Part shown: positions 13,120 through 25,150 of the stretch, one piece after another | Layout: each line of letters starts with the position of its first letter | How positions within the stretch are numbered: the first letter of the stretch is position 1 | Source: Macrostomum lignano | Lineage: Eukaryota | Reading direction: 5' to 3' | NCBI GenBank assembly: GCA_002269645.1 | Contig: NIVC01002904.1 | Location: 1-59,602, forward strand | DNA length: 59,602 bases | The notes under the pieces: model-generated | Seen by the model: only the letters and a program-made list of their open reading frames with translations | What the model was told of the DNA's origin: nothing | Databases searched by the model: none | Made by a program: the position numbers and the translations under genes

Positions 13120-13530
13120 AGAGGAGATTCTCTAGTATTTTAAGGGAGATTCTAAGGTAGTTCTAGAGGCAGGTTCTCAGGTAGTTTTAGGGGAGATACT
13201 AGGGTAGTTTTAAAAGAATTTACTCAGTGGGTCTTAGGGGAGATTCTCTGAGAGTATTAGGGGAGATTCTCAGACAGTTTTAGGGGAGATTCTCAAGTAG
13301 TTTTAGGGGACTCAGGTAGTTTTAGGAGATTCTCAGGTAGTTTTAGGGGAGATACTAGGGTAGTTTTAAAAGAATTTACTCAGTGGGTCTTAGGGGAGAT
13401 TCTCAGACAGTTTTAGGGGAGATTCTCAAGTAGTTGTAGAGAGGGAGATTCTCAGACAGTTTTAGGGGACTCAGGTAGTTTTAGGAGATTCTCAGGTAGT
13501 TTTAGGAGATTCTCTGGCAGTTTTAACGGA
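13120..13530. repeat. Degenerate ~23-bp repeat
   Basis: TTCTCAGGTAGTTTTAGGGGAGA-like units with an internal block duplication. Confidence 0.8.
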
Positions 13531-14004
13531 TTCTCAGTGATCTCTCATGCTCATTCTCAAGCTATTTAAGTTGTGATTTTCAGAAGGGATTAGAGGAGAT
13601 TAGCGCATTCCGCTCGGCGAAGTGGAATCGGAGGGCGCGCCCATGCAGTCCGGCAGGGGGGACTTAGAGACGGCAAACCTGATTTGAGAAAGCAATTTCA
13701 GGCGACAGAAAATGAGTTGACGCGGGGCTCCACTATGCTGGCCAGGGTTCACCGCTCAGGATAACCTAATTGCCACCCGCTGTACGGCAGTGGGCTCGCC
13801 GAAGATTGCGCTAATGTCTGCAGCATTATAGATTTTCTATAGTGCATAGTTGTTGCAATTGTTCGATAACCTCATTAGCTATTCGGTGCATCCGGAAAGG
13901 TGACGCTCGATTTAGCCTGGCACAATGACCTGCACTTTGCACTTTTAATCTGCATCACGGACATTTGTCTTAGCAACTGGCAGCGGCTCGGAATAACGGT
14001 TTGC

Positions 14005-14680
14005 TTGCCCTGACCCAAATGAGTCCAGATCCCCATTCCCTGACCCAATTGAGTCCAGATCCCCATTCCCCAACCCAATGGAGTCCAGATCCCTATTCCC
14101 TGACCCAATTGAGTCCAGATCCCCATTCCCTGACCCAAATGAGTCCAGATCCCCATTCCCTGAACCAATTGAGTCCAGGCCCCCATTCCCTGACCCAATT
14201 CAGTCCAGATCCCCATTCCCTGACCCAAATGAGTCCAGATCCCCATTCCCTGACCCAATTGAGTCCAGATCCCCATTCCCTGACCCAATTGAGTTCAGAT
14301 CCCCATTCCCTGACCCAATTGAGTCCAGATCCCCATTCCCTGAACCAATTGAGTCCAGGCCCCCATTCCCTGACCCAATTGAGTCCAGATCCCCATTCCC
14401 TGAACCAATTGAGTCCAGATCCCCATTCCCTGACCCAATTGAGTCCAGATCCCCATTCCCTGAACCAAATGAGTCCAGATCCCCATTCCCTGACCCAAAT
14501 GAGTCCAGATCCCATTCCCTGACCCAAATGGAATCTAGATCCTCATTTCCTGACCCAAATGGAATCTAGATCCCCATTCCCTGACCCAAATGGAATCTAG
14601 ATCCCATTCCCTGACCCAAATCGAATCCAGATCCCATTCCCTGACCCAAATGGAATCCAGATCCCATTCCCTGACCCAAG
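14005..14680. repeat. 30-bp minisatellite
   Basis: Unit CCCTGACCCAATTGAGTCCAGATCCCCATT. Confidence 0.95.
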
Positions 14681-15484
14681 GCATGACTCGAGCATTCCAT
14701 TGGTTTATTCCTTTACAAGAGGTGATGTTTTCGCAAAACTGGCCTGCCATTCGCACCACAGCCTATGCAAGAGCTGTCACCAACACTCACCCTATTTAGT
14801 TTTTTAGACAAGAATAATTGAAAAGAACAGTAGATGAAGCGACATTCGCTGAGCATTTATGTACAGAAAACCGTTCGCTATGAATCGTACCGTGTGAACT
14901 GCTCCACCACCGTTTCAACAATTTTCCCAGCAATACTTTTAAATTAATCTTGCATATGCCCAAATAATGCTACTTAGAGTAGAGGCTACCGCTTATTGTG
15001 AATATAATTATTATAATGTATGTCACTAGTAAGGAATATAAAACACACACTCGCTTAATACACTCTAAGTGAATTTTTCTCAAGTGTCCCGCTTACAAAC
15101 TCTACAAAATACACACTAAACCCGTAGAAAAACAGATTCTACACAAGAGACTTACAAGCATAATTAATTTAATAGTTTATGACATTACGTATGATAATAA
15201 CTCCAAGTTTTTGCAAATCTTTTTTTAGTGTATTAAAGTAGGTTTAGAAATAGCCTAGCGCGAAAAAGATCGCAGAAATGTACACACAGAGTCGCTAGCA
15301 GCAGTAGCATAGAGTAGATTTTATGGCTAATGTATTATTACACATTAGTACTGACCGCAGTGAGTGGATGCAGGAGTGCGCGCGGGATGCGAGTGTAGGA
15401 GTCGGATTTCAATTTATTAACAGCATTGGGCAGGGAAGGCAGGGAAAGAGGGGAGCTGGGGGTTGGAAGAGAGACGGCAGAAAA

Positions 15485-16065
15485 TGTGATGAGAAGGCAG
15501 AGAAGGCAGATGAGAAGGCAGAGAAGGCAGAGAAGAAGGCAGAGAAGGCAGATGAGAAGGCAGAGTAGGCAGATGAGAAGGCAGATGAGAAGGCAGAGAA
15601 GGCAGATGAGAAGGCAGATGAGAAGGCAGATGAGAAGGCAGATGAGAAGGCAGAGAAGGCAGATGAGAAGGCAGAGAAGAAGGCAGAGAAGGCAGATGAG
15701 AAGGCAGAGTAGGCAGATGAGAAGGCAGATGAGAAGGCAGAGTAGGCAGATGAGAAGGCCGATGAGAAGGCAGAGAAGGCAGATGAGAAGGCAGATGAGA
15801 AGGCAGAGAAGGCAGATGAGAAGGCAGATGAGAAGGCAGAGAAGGCAGATGAGAAGGCAGATGAGAAGGCAGAGAAGGCAGATGAGAAGGCAGATGAGAA
15901 GGCAGATGAGAAGGCAGATAAGAAGGCAGAGAAGGCAGATAGAAGGCAGATGAGAAGGCAGAGAAGGCAGATGAGAAGGCAGATGGAAAGTCAGAGTAGG
16001 CAGATGAGAAGGCAGAGTAGGCAGATAAGGCAGAGTAGGCAGATGAGAAGGCAGAGAAGGCAGAC
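15485..16065. repeat. 9/12-bp purine-rich repeat
   Basis: GAGAAGGCAGAT and GAGAAGGCA units. Confidence 0.95.
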
Positions 16066-16654
16066 GAGAATCAGGTGTCCGGAGACGCAGAGAACCGTGA
16101 TAAGAGGGGCAAGTCAAAGTTAAAATACGGCGACAAAGGTACGAAAGGGCTCAGAAGCCGATCGCGATATCATATTAGCTGCCACAGGCGGCTTTGCACA
16201 TGGAGAAAGCAAACAGGCAAACAAATAAAGTTTTCAGAATAAAAAAACTGCCACGACAGTATCTGTGCATTAACTAGCGCTGCCTAGCGACAGGGTGAAA
16301 ACAAAATATAAATAAACAAAGTGTATAAACAGACAGGAAAACAGACAGTTTATAAGGCGTGGCACAGACGGTCCGCTCTGCATGGCGGCTCCCCAGTGTC
16401 GCGAGATACTCCTAATAAAATAGGCCAATATTAAAAGTTTCTCAATAAAATAATAAACTAAGAGTTAAATATGCAATTCAATGAAGACTTCACCTATCTC
16501 AGAGAATACAGTAAGCCTTGATATTTCATGTTTAACAGCAGAACTTTGACAGATTATCACTTGTATCGTTGGAAGGAGCTATGAAGGGCAAATTTACTTG
16601 CACTTGAGTAGCACTGATAATACGGAGCTTATTTACAATACCCATGTTCGTATC

Positions 16655-17138
16655 TAGGCAGCGAGTGGCGGCTCCGCAGCTGAGGATCTGGGCAGCGAGT
16701 GGCGGCTCAGCAGCTGAGGATCTGGGCAGCGAGTGGCGGCTCAGCAGCTGAGGATCTGGGCAGCGAGTGGCGGCTCAGCAGCTGAGGATCTGGGCAGCGA
16801 GTGGCGGCTCAGCAGCTGAGGATCTGGGAGGCTGGCCCAGCAACTGAGGATCTGGGAGGCTGGCCCAGCAACTGAGGATCTGGGAGGCTGGCACAGCAAC
16901 TGGGGATCTGGGAGGCTGGCGCAGCAACTGAAGATCTGGGAGGCTGGCCCAGCAACTGAGGATCTGGGAGGCTGGCCCAGAAACTGAGGATCTGGGAGGC
17001 TGGCACAGCAACTGAGGATCTGGGAGGCTGGCGCAGCAACTGGGGATCTGGGAAGCTGGCTAAGCAACTGGGGATCTGGGAGGCTGGCTAACCAACTGGG
17101 AATCTGTGAGGCTGGCCTAGTAACTGAGGATCTGGGAT
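16655..17138. repeat. 28-29-bp minisatellite (two unit types) just 3' of MEPCE
   Basis: GAGGATCTGGGCAGCGAGTGGCGGCTCAGCAGCT-type units grading into GAGGATCTGGGAGGCTGGCCCAGCAACT. Confidence 0.9.
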
Positions 17139-17241
17139 TCAGTTATAAATTTGATAAGCTGTACCACCGCAAGCTCCAGAGCCGCAACTGACTGAATAAA
17201 AGAACATTAACAAGCACAATCAGGTGCCAGCAGAGCCAGCG

Positions 17242-17916
17242 CTAATCTCCCTGCTGCTGGCTGCCGCCGGACTCAAAGCCCCGCTCCTCATCAAACGAGT
17301 CCAGTCCGTCCTCCAGCTGGGGCGGCGAAGCGGCGGCCAGCCTGATGGACTCCGGCGTCTCGGCAGCGCTGCTGACTGCCGCCATCGCCACGGCCGCCCG
17401 CTGCGACTCGGCGGTCCCGCCAGCCGTGCCAGCCGGCAGCGGGTGCGGGGCCGGCGCGGCCTGCAGCGCGGGGGTGCGGCCAGTCGGCTTGGTGCACATG
17501 AGCACGGGTCGCTGGAATCCGTGGTACTGCTGCTGCTCGGAGATGTACAGACTATGAGCGAAGCCGACCTCGCGTTCCAAGTATTCGCGAAATTTCTCCG
17601 GCCGCATCTCGATATTGGCGTAGTTGCGCTTGTGCTCGGGGCAGAGCAGCTTCTTCTTGTAGGACTGGAACGGCTGCGGCTCCAGGATCAGCTTGCCGTC
17701 TGGCCGGAGCTCGCGAAACGCCCGGCGGAAGAATAATTTGAGGCCGCGATCGCCCCAGTTCAGGTGGATCCATTTGGTGATGCTGAATGCCTGGATGATG
17801 TCGTATTTGTTCTCCTCGACCTTGCCCAGCTGCTCCTCGCTGTCCAGCACGTAGTTGCCGGCCTGGAAGAACACGTTGTAGGGGAAGCCGGTGCGCTCCT
17901 GCTGCCGCGACTCCAC
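17242..17916 (-). CDS. MEPCE: MEPCE/Bin3 exon 3 (Bin3 methyltransferase C-terminal domain)
   Basis: FPYNVFFQAGNYV...YDIIQAFSITKWIHLNWGDRGLKLFFRR...LILEPQPFQSY...GFQRP is the Bin3 signature. Three exons total 1728 nt (575 aa plus stop) with no frameshift. Confidence 0.95.
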   Translation of the reverse strand: MESRQQERTGFPYNVFFQAGNYVLDSEEQLGKVEENKYDIIQAFSITKWIHLNWGDRGLKLFFRRAFRELRPDGKLILEPQPFQSYKKKLLCPEHKRNYANIEMRPEKFREYLEREVGFAHSLYISEQQQYHGFQRPVLMCTKPTGRTPALQAAPAPHPLPAGTAGGTAESQRAAVAMAAVSSAAETPESIRLAAASPPQLEDGLDSFDEERGFESGGSQQQGD

Positions 17917-17929
17917 CTGCGGGATGACC

Positions 17930-18712
17930 GGGATGAGACAGACAGGGTGTCTTCAGACACGACCAAGACAGATTAGGGACAGAAGAATACAGAGAGATCG
18001 TACAGACATATGGGGAGAGCAGATAGACAGACAGATTGGACACAGACAAACAGACAGACAGACAGACAGATTGGACAGACAGACAGACAGACAGACAGGC
18101 GGATTAGACAGAGAAAGACAGGCAGATCGGAACAGACAGATCGGACACAAAGACAGGCAGATCGGACACAGGCAGGCACAGGCAGATCGGACAGACAAAG
18201 ACAGGCAGATAGGACACAAAGACAGTTAGATAGGACACAAAGACAGGCAGATAGGACACAAAGACAGGCAGATAGGACACAAAGACAGGCAGATAGGACA
18301 CAAAGACAGTTAGATAGGACACAAAGACAGTTAGATAGGACACAAAGACAGGCAGATAGGACACAAAGACAGGCAGATCGGACACAAAGACAGTTAGATA
18401 GGACACAAAGACAGTTAGATAGGACACAAAGACAGGCAGATAGGACACAAAGACAGGCAGATCGGACACAAAGACAGTTAGATAGGACACAAAGACAGGC
18501 AGATCGGACACAAAGACAGTTAGATAGGACACAAAGACAGGCAGATAGGACACAAAGACAGGCAGATCGGACACAAAGACAGGCAGATCGGACACAGACA
18601 GGCAGATTGGACAGACAAAGACAGGCAGATCGGACACAGACAGGCACAGGCAGATCGGACAGACAAAGACAGGCAGACCAGACACAAACACAGGCAGATC
18701 GGACACGTACAG
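17930..18712. repeat. 21-bp repeat and GACA-rich tract filling MEPCE intron 2
   Basis: Unit GATAGGACACAAAGACAGGCA. Confidence 0.93.
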
Positions 18713-18732
18713 AAGCAGAAGACAGTCCTCAC

Positions 18733-19253
18733 CTGGTAGCCCTCCCTAGCCAGGTTCCGTTTCAGCCTCAGCTCGGCCTCGGCCTCGCGCACCCGCAGCC
18801 GCAGGTTCCGCTGTGCCCGCTGCACCAGGTGGCCGTCAATGTCCACCCCGGTGAGCGACTTCACGCCCAGAGTCTCGGCAATCTTCAAGGACAAAATGCC
18901 ATCGTTGCAGCCGATGTCCAGCACATCGCGGCCCAGATACCAGTCGGGCTGCAGCAGTTCCAGCCGGTCGTCCTGCAGTCTGCCAATATTCAAATTGCCC
19001 GCTCGAAGCCGCTTACCATAATAGGCTCGATAGTTGCCGTAGATTGGCTGGAAGAAGCCGCCGCTGCGACCGCCACTGCTGCCGAAGTTCCCGCCGGCTG
19101 GCCGCTTGAACCGATGCGAGCCCGCTGTCGTCGTTGATGACGACGACGAGTTCACCGCGGTCGACGCGGATGTCGTTGAAGGTCTGCTGGCTGCTGTTGA
19201 TTCCGCGCATGCGCTACTAGTGGACACGGCTTCAGAGGACTTTAACGTTGCGC
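18733..19253 (-). CDS. MEPCE: MEPCE/Bin3 exon 2 (SAM-binding motif I)
   Basis: YGNYRAYYGKR...DRLELL...VLDIGCNDG...GVDIDGHLVQRA; phase-1 acceptor CGCAG|, phase-0 donor CAG|GTGAGG. Confidence 0.93.
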
Positions 19254-19287
19254 CTGCGATTAGAAAATCAAGAATTTACAGAAAGAT

Positions 19288-20022
19288 CTTAGATTCTTAG
19301 AATGTGCGTCAGCTTAGATTCTTAGAATGCGCGTCATCTTAGATTCTTAGAATGCGCGTCAGCTTAGATTCTTAGAATGTGCGTCAGCTTAGATTCTTAG
19401 AATGCGCGTCAGCTTAGATTCTTAGAATGTGCGTCAGCTTAGATTCTTAGAATGCACGTCATCTTAGATTCTTAGAATGTGCGTCAGCTTAGATTCTTAG
19501 AATGTGCGTCATCTTAGATTCTTAGAATGTGCGTCAGCTTAGATTCTTAGAATGCACGTCATCTTAGATTCTTAGAATGTGCGTCAGCTTAAATTCTTAG
19601 AATGCGCGTCAGCTTAGATTCTTAGAATGCGCGTCAGCTTAGATTCTTAGAATGTGCGTCAGCTTAGATTCTTAGAATGTGCGTCATCTTAGATTCTTAG
19701 AATGCACGTCATCTTAGATTCTTAGAATGCACGTCATCTTAGATTCTTAGAATGCGCGTCAGCTTAGATTCTTAGAATGCGCGTCAGCTTAGATTCTTAG
19801 AATGCGCGTCAGCTTAGATTCTTAGAATGCACGTCATCTTAGATTCTTAGAATGCGCGTCAGCTTAAATTCTTAGAATGCGCGTCAGCTTAGATTCTTAG
19901 AATGCGCGTCAGCTTAGATTCTTAGAATGCGCGTCAGCTTAGATTCTTAGAATGTGCGTCATCTTAGATTCTTAGAATGCGCGTCATCTTAGATTCTTAG
20001 AATGTGCGTCAGCTTAGATTCT
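19288..20022. repeat. 25-bp minisatellite filling MEPCE intron 1
   Basis: Unit CTTAGATTCTTAGAATGCGCGTCAG, ~29 copies. Confidence 0.97.
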
Positions 20023-20063
20023 GCATCGTCAACTGACCCAATTCTACAAGACCTCTCGCTCAC

Positions 20064-20595
20064 CTTCCACAGCAGCCTGGTCGGCTGCGCCCTCGTCAAC
20101 GGACGGCAGCACCGGGGAGCCGAGCGCGCTGTCACCAGGCATCGGCGACAAGCCGGCCAGCTCCCTACGCTGGCTCTCCGCCGCAACCCAGCGCAGGTTC
20201 AACGGATCGGAGCTCTGCAGCTGCTGCTGATGGGCGGCCCCGCCAGCGGAGCTCGAACTGGTAGCGACGCCGCCGCCGCGACGACCCCGACGATTTTGCC
20301 AGACTCGACGGATGAGCTGAGTTCTCTGCTGCTGCTGGTAGGGCAGCCGCCGAAACTGCTGCTGCTGCTGCTGCAGTTGATGAAGCTGGAATCTGCTAGC
20401 GCCGGCGTTATTGGACCAACAAGGTGCCGCCACCGCTGCACCCGCGGCCGGAAATGCACCGCGGCCGACTCCGCCTCGAATGACGCGGCCTCCGCGACCT
20501 CGGCGGGCAATCCGGCTGCCAGCTGCTACCGCCGCCGCCCGGGCGTTCATATTGAACCTGGGGCCGCCGCCCCGCTTGGCTTTGAATTTCTCCAT
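20064..20595 (-). CDS. MEPCE: MEPCE/Bin3 exon 1 (low-complexity RG/Q-rich N-terminus)
   Basis: ATG at 20595; SDPLNL motif typical of the Bin3/MEPCE N-terminal region; phase-1 donor GAAG|GTGAG matches the acceptor of the next exon. Confidence 0.8.
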
Positions 20596-21806
20596 GAATT
20601 GTCGACAGGACCAGTTCGGCTAGCTAGCTATCTAGAATTGAGGTTGCGGATAGCGTTTAGAGGTATACTATGCTACTGCTAGCTACTTACAGTAGTACCC
20701 CGTATTGCTTAGTAATGCTAGCTGATAAACAATAAAAAATAAAGCTAAATCTGCCAGGCCAAACTGAAATCTGTCATTAATTAAAATATGTAAGATGGAT
20801 TATTGGCAGCTTGCCAATTTTTTTTCTCTACTTAAAAAAATTACACGGCGCCTGTTTAAATTAGCGCGCACTCAGCTCTCTCCCGGCCTCGGTGGCGCGC
20901 GTGGGCGGGCGCCGTGGCTGCGCAGAGCCAATATGAGAGGCGCCAAGCCGCTGCTGCAGCCGCTGGGGCTCAGCCTGGCCTGCCGGCGGCCTGCAGTGAG
21001 CCTCCTGAAATTTGAGGGCAGCCAAAAGTACAAAAGTACAAAGCGCACTTTAGGCAGGCAACCCCAGTTTCAGTTTAGCAGACAGGAAGATAAGCTGGAC
21101 AGGATTGAAAGCAAACGTGTTATCAATCATACTGCGAGCACATTGGTAGGGTAAAAAATTTGGGATATGGTCACATTTTTCTAAATTTGCTCAGACAAGG
21201 CCTACCCAGCAAATATATCATTACTTCAAACCTAAAAGCCTTGCTTTAAAAGATTATATCCACATATTAATAGACAAAGACAAATATAAGACAATACCTT
21301 CTTTAATCTTTAGTATATATATTAGAGTTTATTGCTAGTATATTAGATGTTAGTGACTAAATGGAAACTATTATAGTCCATAAATTATATTAATAGTAGT
21401 AACTCTAGTTATATTCTATTACTCTGCTTAATATGTCTCAAAATATTTTCTTGTTTTAATATATTTAAAAGTTGTTTTACTATCTACTATACTTTTTTAG
21501 TTTAATTTTTGTTTACGTTTGGTAGAAACACCCATATATATATATACTATTGGAGGCTGCTTAAACTTCTATATAGGTAAAGGTGGGAGGCAAAAGTAAA
21601 AAACAATCTCTGCAAAAGATTCTATGACAAATTCTGCATTAAAAATTGATGTCAACAATGCATAGCATCAAGCCTATTGGTAAAAAAAGTATTTTGAAAA
21701 CTTTATACATTTTTTGGGAAAAAATAAAAACAAAGTTATAGCTATACACAATGGGGTGTCCCAAAAGTTCCCAGAATCTTTGCTCCAGCTCCTTAGTACA
21801 TTGACC

Positions 21807-22548
21807 AATTTTTGTTTTTTGTCAAACTTAAGATAATTTTTCAATGATAAAAACCTGTCCTTTGAATTTCTTTTTTATCTGGTTTTGGTTTAGAGTTATA
21901 CCAGGAAATGTGAAAAAGATCAGTAATGGTGTTACACAACCTTGAATGTCTGTAGTGTCCTTTTTCCATTATCAATTTTCTTTAACAGTCAGCAGAGTCA
22001 AGTTTTCACCATGTGGGGATGGCAAGAGTATGACTACTGGTCATTCAAAGTGGACTAGCCATCCTTGAACTTGTTTTCTTGTTTTCTCACTTTCTTGAAC
22101 TTATTTTCTTTATGCTGTTCTTACCATGGATTAAAAAAATATGATTAGCAATTTCTGCTCTACTCTATCCTATAGACCACAGGATGAAAACTTTGACTCT
22201 GCTGACTTTCAAGACTTTGGAAAGAACTCATCTTTGAGTCCTTAGCCAAAAGCAAGCACTTGGTATGGAATATGCAAACACTGACACCATTAGATCTGAT
22301 CAGCAATTAATTACTGGTTTCATCCATAGATATTTCCACATCTTTCTGACCAATTCAAAGCTAACTTTTACCAAAAAATGATGATTGGAAAAGGACACCA
22401 CAGACATTTGAGGTTGTGTAACACTCATACTGACCTTCTTTCACATTTCTTAGTATAAATCTTAACTTAGTATAAATCTTAAGATAAAAAGTAAATTCAA
22501 ATGACAATTTTTTGTTTAAAAATTATCTTTAGTTTGACACAAAAAATT
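21807..22548. mobile_element. Non-autonomous foldback/MITE-like element
   Basis: Imperfect inverted arms ~21807-21968 and ~22386-22548 (GTGTTACACAACCTTGAATGTCTGTAGTGTCC versus GGACACCACAGACATTTGAGGTTGTGTAACAC), plus an inner pair 21987-22010 / 22184-22208. No ORF; TSD not identified. Confidence 0.6.
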
Positions 22549-24107
22549 TCTTATTTTGTATTTTTCACAAGAGTCATATGCATATATTTTTTCAAAAAGG
22601 AAAATTATAAAAAGCATATTAATTTTAGTATACTTTACCATTTGTAGAATTTTATACATTTTAAGAAAAGAATTTTCTCAGCTTTCATATTTTAATATAT
22701 CATTTCACCTCATTTTTATGTTTTTAAAGAAGAACTATATTCATTTTTACTTTTTAAAATTCATTTTACTATTTTTTCAACTTATTGGACTTGGACTGCC
22801 TAATTGTGACAGTTGCTATGGTTTTTGGTGCCTGGTATTTTGGTACCCAGATTGCTTTTTAGTACCCCAGTTAATTATGCCCAAATGATAAAAATAATCT
22901 AATAACAATATAATAAATGCTTTATAAAACATTTTCTTAATGAAAATAATATCCATTTTGTTAAAATTGGCATTTTTCTTTAATTTTAAAGAATCTGTTT
23001 GATTTAATTGCATTTGTTGTATCCTATATAGAAGGCTACACTTAGCAATAAATGGTACAACTAGGAGGGAAAGGATAGGGTGGTTGCCTTTCTCTTAGGC
23101 AGAGACTAGAAAAAATCAAAGGAAGGAGGCACCAAGCAATTTTTTTATTAAAATATAGAGCCAACCCCTTTATACCATTTAAGATAAGAGATGAGTAGAG
23201 CTCTAAATCTACTTTTAGTTAGCTTTGAAACCTTTCTTTAGCTAAAAACCTTTCTTTGCATCTCTACCTTTTTAGAATTTGCCCTCCTTGAAAAATTCCA
23301 AGTTGCACTATTGCTAGAACTGATCATTTTGCCTATAAACTATTTTAGCCATGGACATTTTGCCCCCAAACCACTTGGCTTATAGACCATTCAGCCATGG
23401 ACTATTTTGTCTTCAAGCCTCCTTCCCTTTGATTGAAATGACTTAGATTATACTTTTATATACTTTACTTTTGCCTTTTTAGAAAATTATCAACATGAAA
23501 TAATTTTGCAAACAATATAATATTGATGCTAAAGTTATCTAAAACTTAAAAACACAAATGATACAAGTGACAATATAAGTGAATGATAGTTTAATAATAG
23601 CTATAAACATAACTTTTGTGTATAACATGTATAATAGGTATAGCCAATATATAATGGGAAGTTCTGTCATATATCTCTCTTTCTACAAATTGAGGCAATA
23701 TTATTAATTTTTATGCCTATTTATAAAGATAAAAAATAGCATTTAAAAGCTAAATATAGCTTAGCAATACATACTAAGGCAAAAATAGCTAGAATTTCTA
23801 TTGCCTAACATGTGTGCTAAGAAGATTTAGCTAGGTGATAATGAAGTAGATCAACAATGCTAATAAATATAGTTTTGATTATACAAAATTTAAAATACAA
23901 AAAATTTATTTTAGCTTTGTTTATTGAATCATATGCACATTGACATTGCTTATATTTGATTTCTAAAAAAACTAAAACAAAAATTGAAATGAAAAGACTT
24001 TAAAATAGTAGGTTAGCTTAACAAAATGAAAAAAGGCCTAGGACTAGGTCTACCTTAGTTAAAAGTAAAAACATACTGCAAAATACTTATTATTAAATTA
24101 ATAGATT

Positions 24108-25150
24108 ATAGTCATTTTGGTGACAAGATGTTTTGGTAACAGTCTTTTTAGTGACAAGCAAAAGTCATTTTGGTGACAAGAAAAATATCCTTTTAGTGAT
24201 AGCCATTCTGCTTTTAAACAGAAAATTACCTAGCAAATCTTAAGGGATATTAACTTCAAATTTTATAATTTTCTAAAAGGGTTAAATATTGCTTTATTTA
24301 ATTTTGTTTATTTACAATTACAGAGTTGCGATCTTTTGAATTTGTTTTCTAATCTAGCCATAGTGTCCAGCAGTGGCGTACCTAGGAAGGGGATACGGGG
24401 ATATATCTCTCCCCCATTTTGATGATTTATAGGAAACAAAAATAAGTTTAAAAAATGCAAAATAAAGCTGCTGAGACTTAGCAAAATTGCCAAAAATTGG
24501 CATATATTTTCCTAAAAATTAATATTCAAATGTTTTAAATGATATTTCCATGAATCCCTAGTTTCTTAAATGCTATAGACAAGATACATGTCTGCCGGCT
24601 TTATTTTTATTTTCACAAAGTAAAGTTTTTTTAGCCAAATAAACATGGTTTTAGTTCTTTTAAATGTATATTCTAAGCAAACATTGCAAAAAACTATTTT
24701 ATTAGTCTACATAGTTTTGTTTCTAAAAGTTATCCCTTCCCTTTTCAAAATCTTAAGTATACCATTGGTGTCCAATGAATCTCTACTTTTTTATGGTTGT
24801 CATCTTATGAGATTTTTTATAGGTTTATAGTTTGTGTCTGAATATTCTGGGACAATTGAAAATGATCTGCACAAAAAGAAAACAATATAATTAGATTGAT
24901 TTCTTTTTTTAAATATTTTAATCTTTTAATGGAAATTGTTAAATATATATATATAAGAAACATAAATATTAACAAAAAAATTACAAGCTAATATTATAAA
25001 GCGCCTGTTATTACTAAAATAACTATACTTATAAAATCTTATTTTTTATCAAAAATAGTGTCTATTACAAATACAACTTGTCCCCAAAACAACTATTTGT
25101 CACCAAAATGACTGTCACTAAAATGACTTATCACTGAAACGACTAGTGTC
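24108..25150. mobile_element. MITE-like element with inverted subterminal repeats
   Basis: AGTCATTTTGGTGACAAG copies at 24110 and ~24164 are inverted relative to TTGTCACCAAAATGACT at 25097. Confidence 0.5.
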
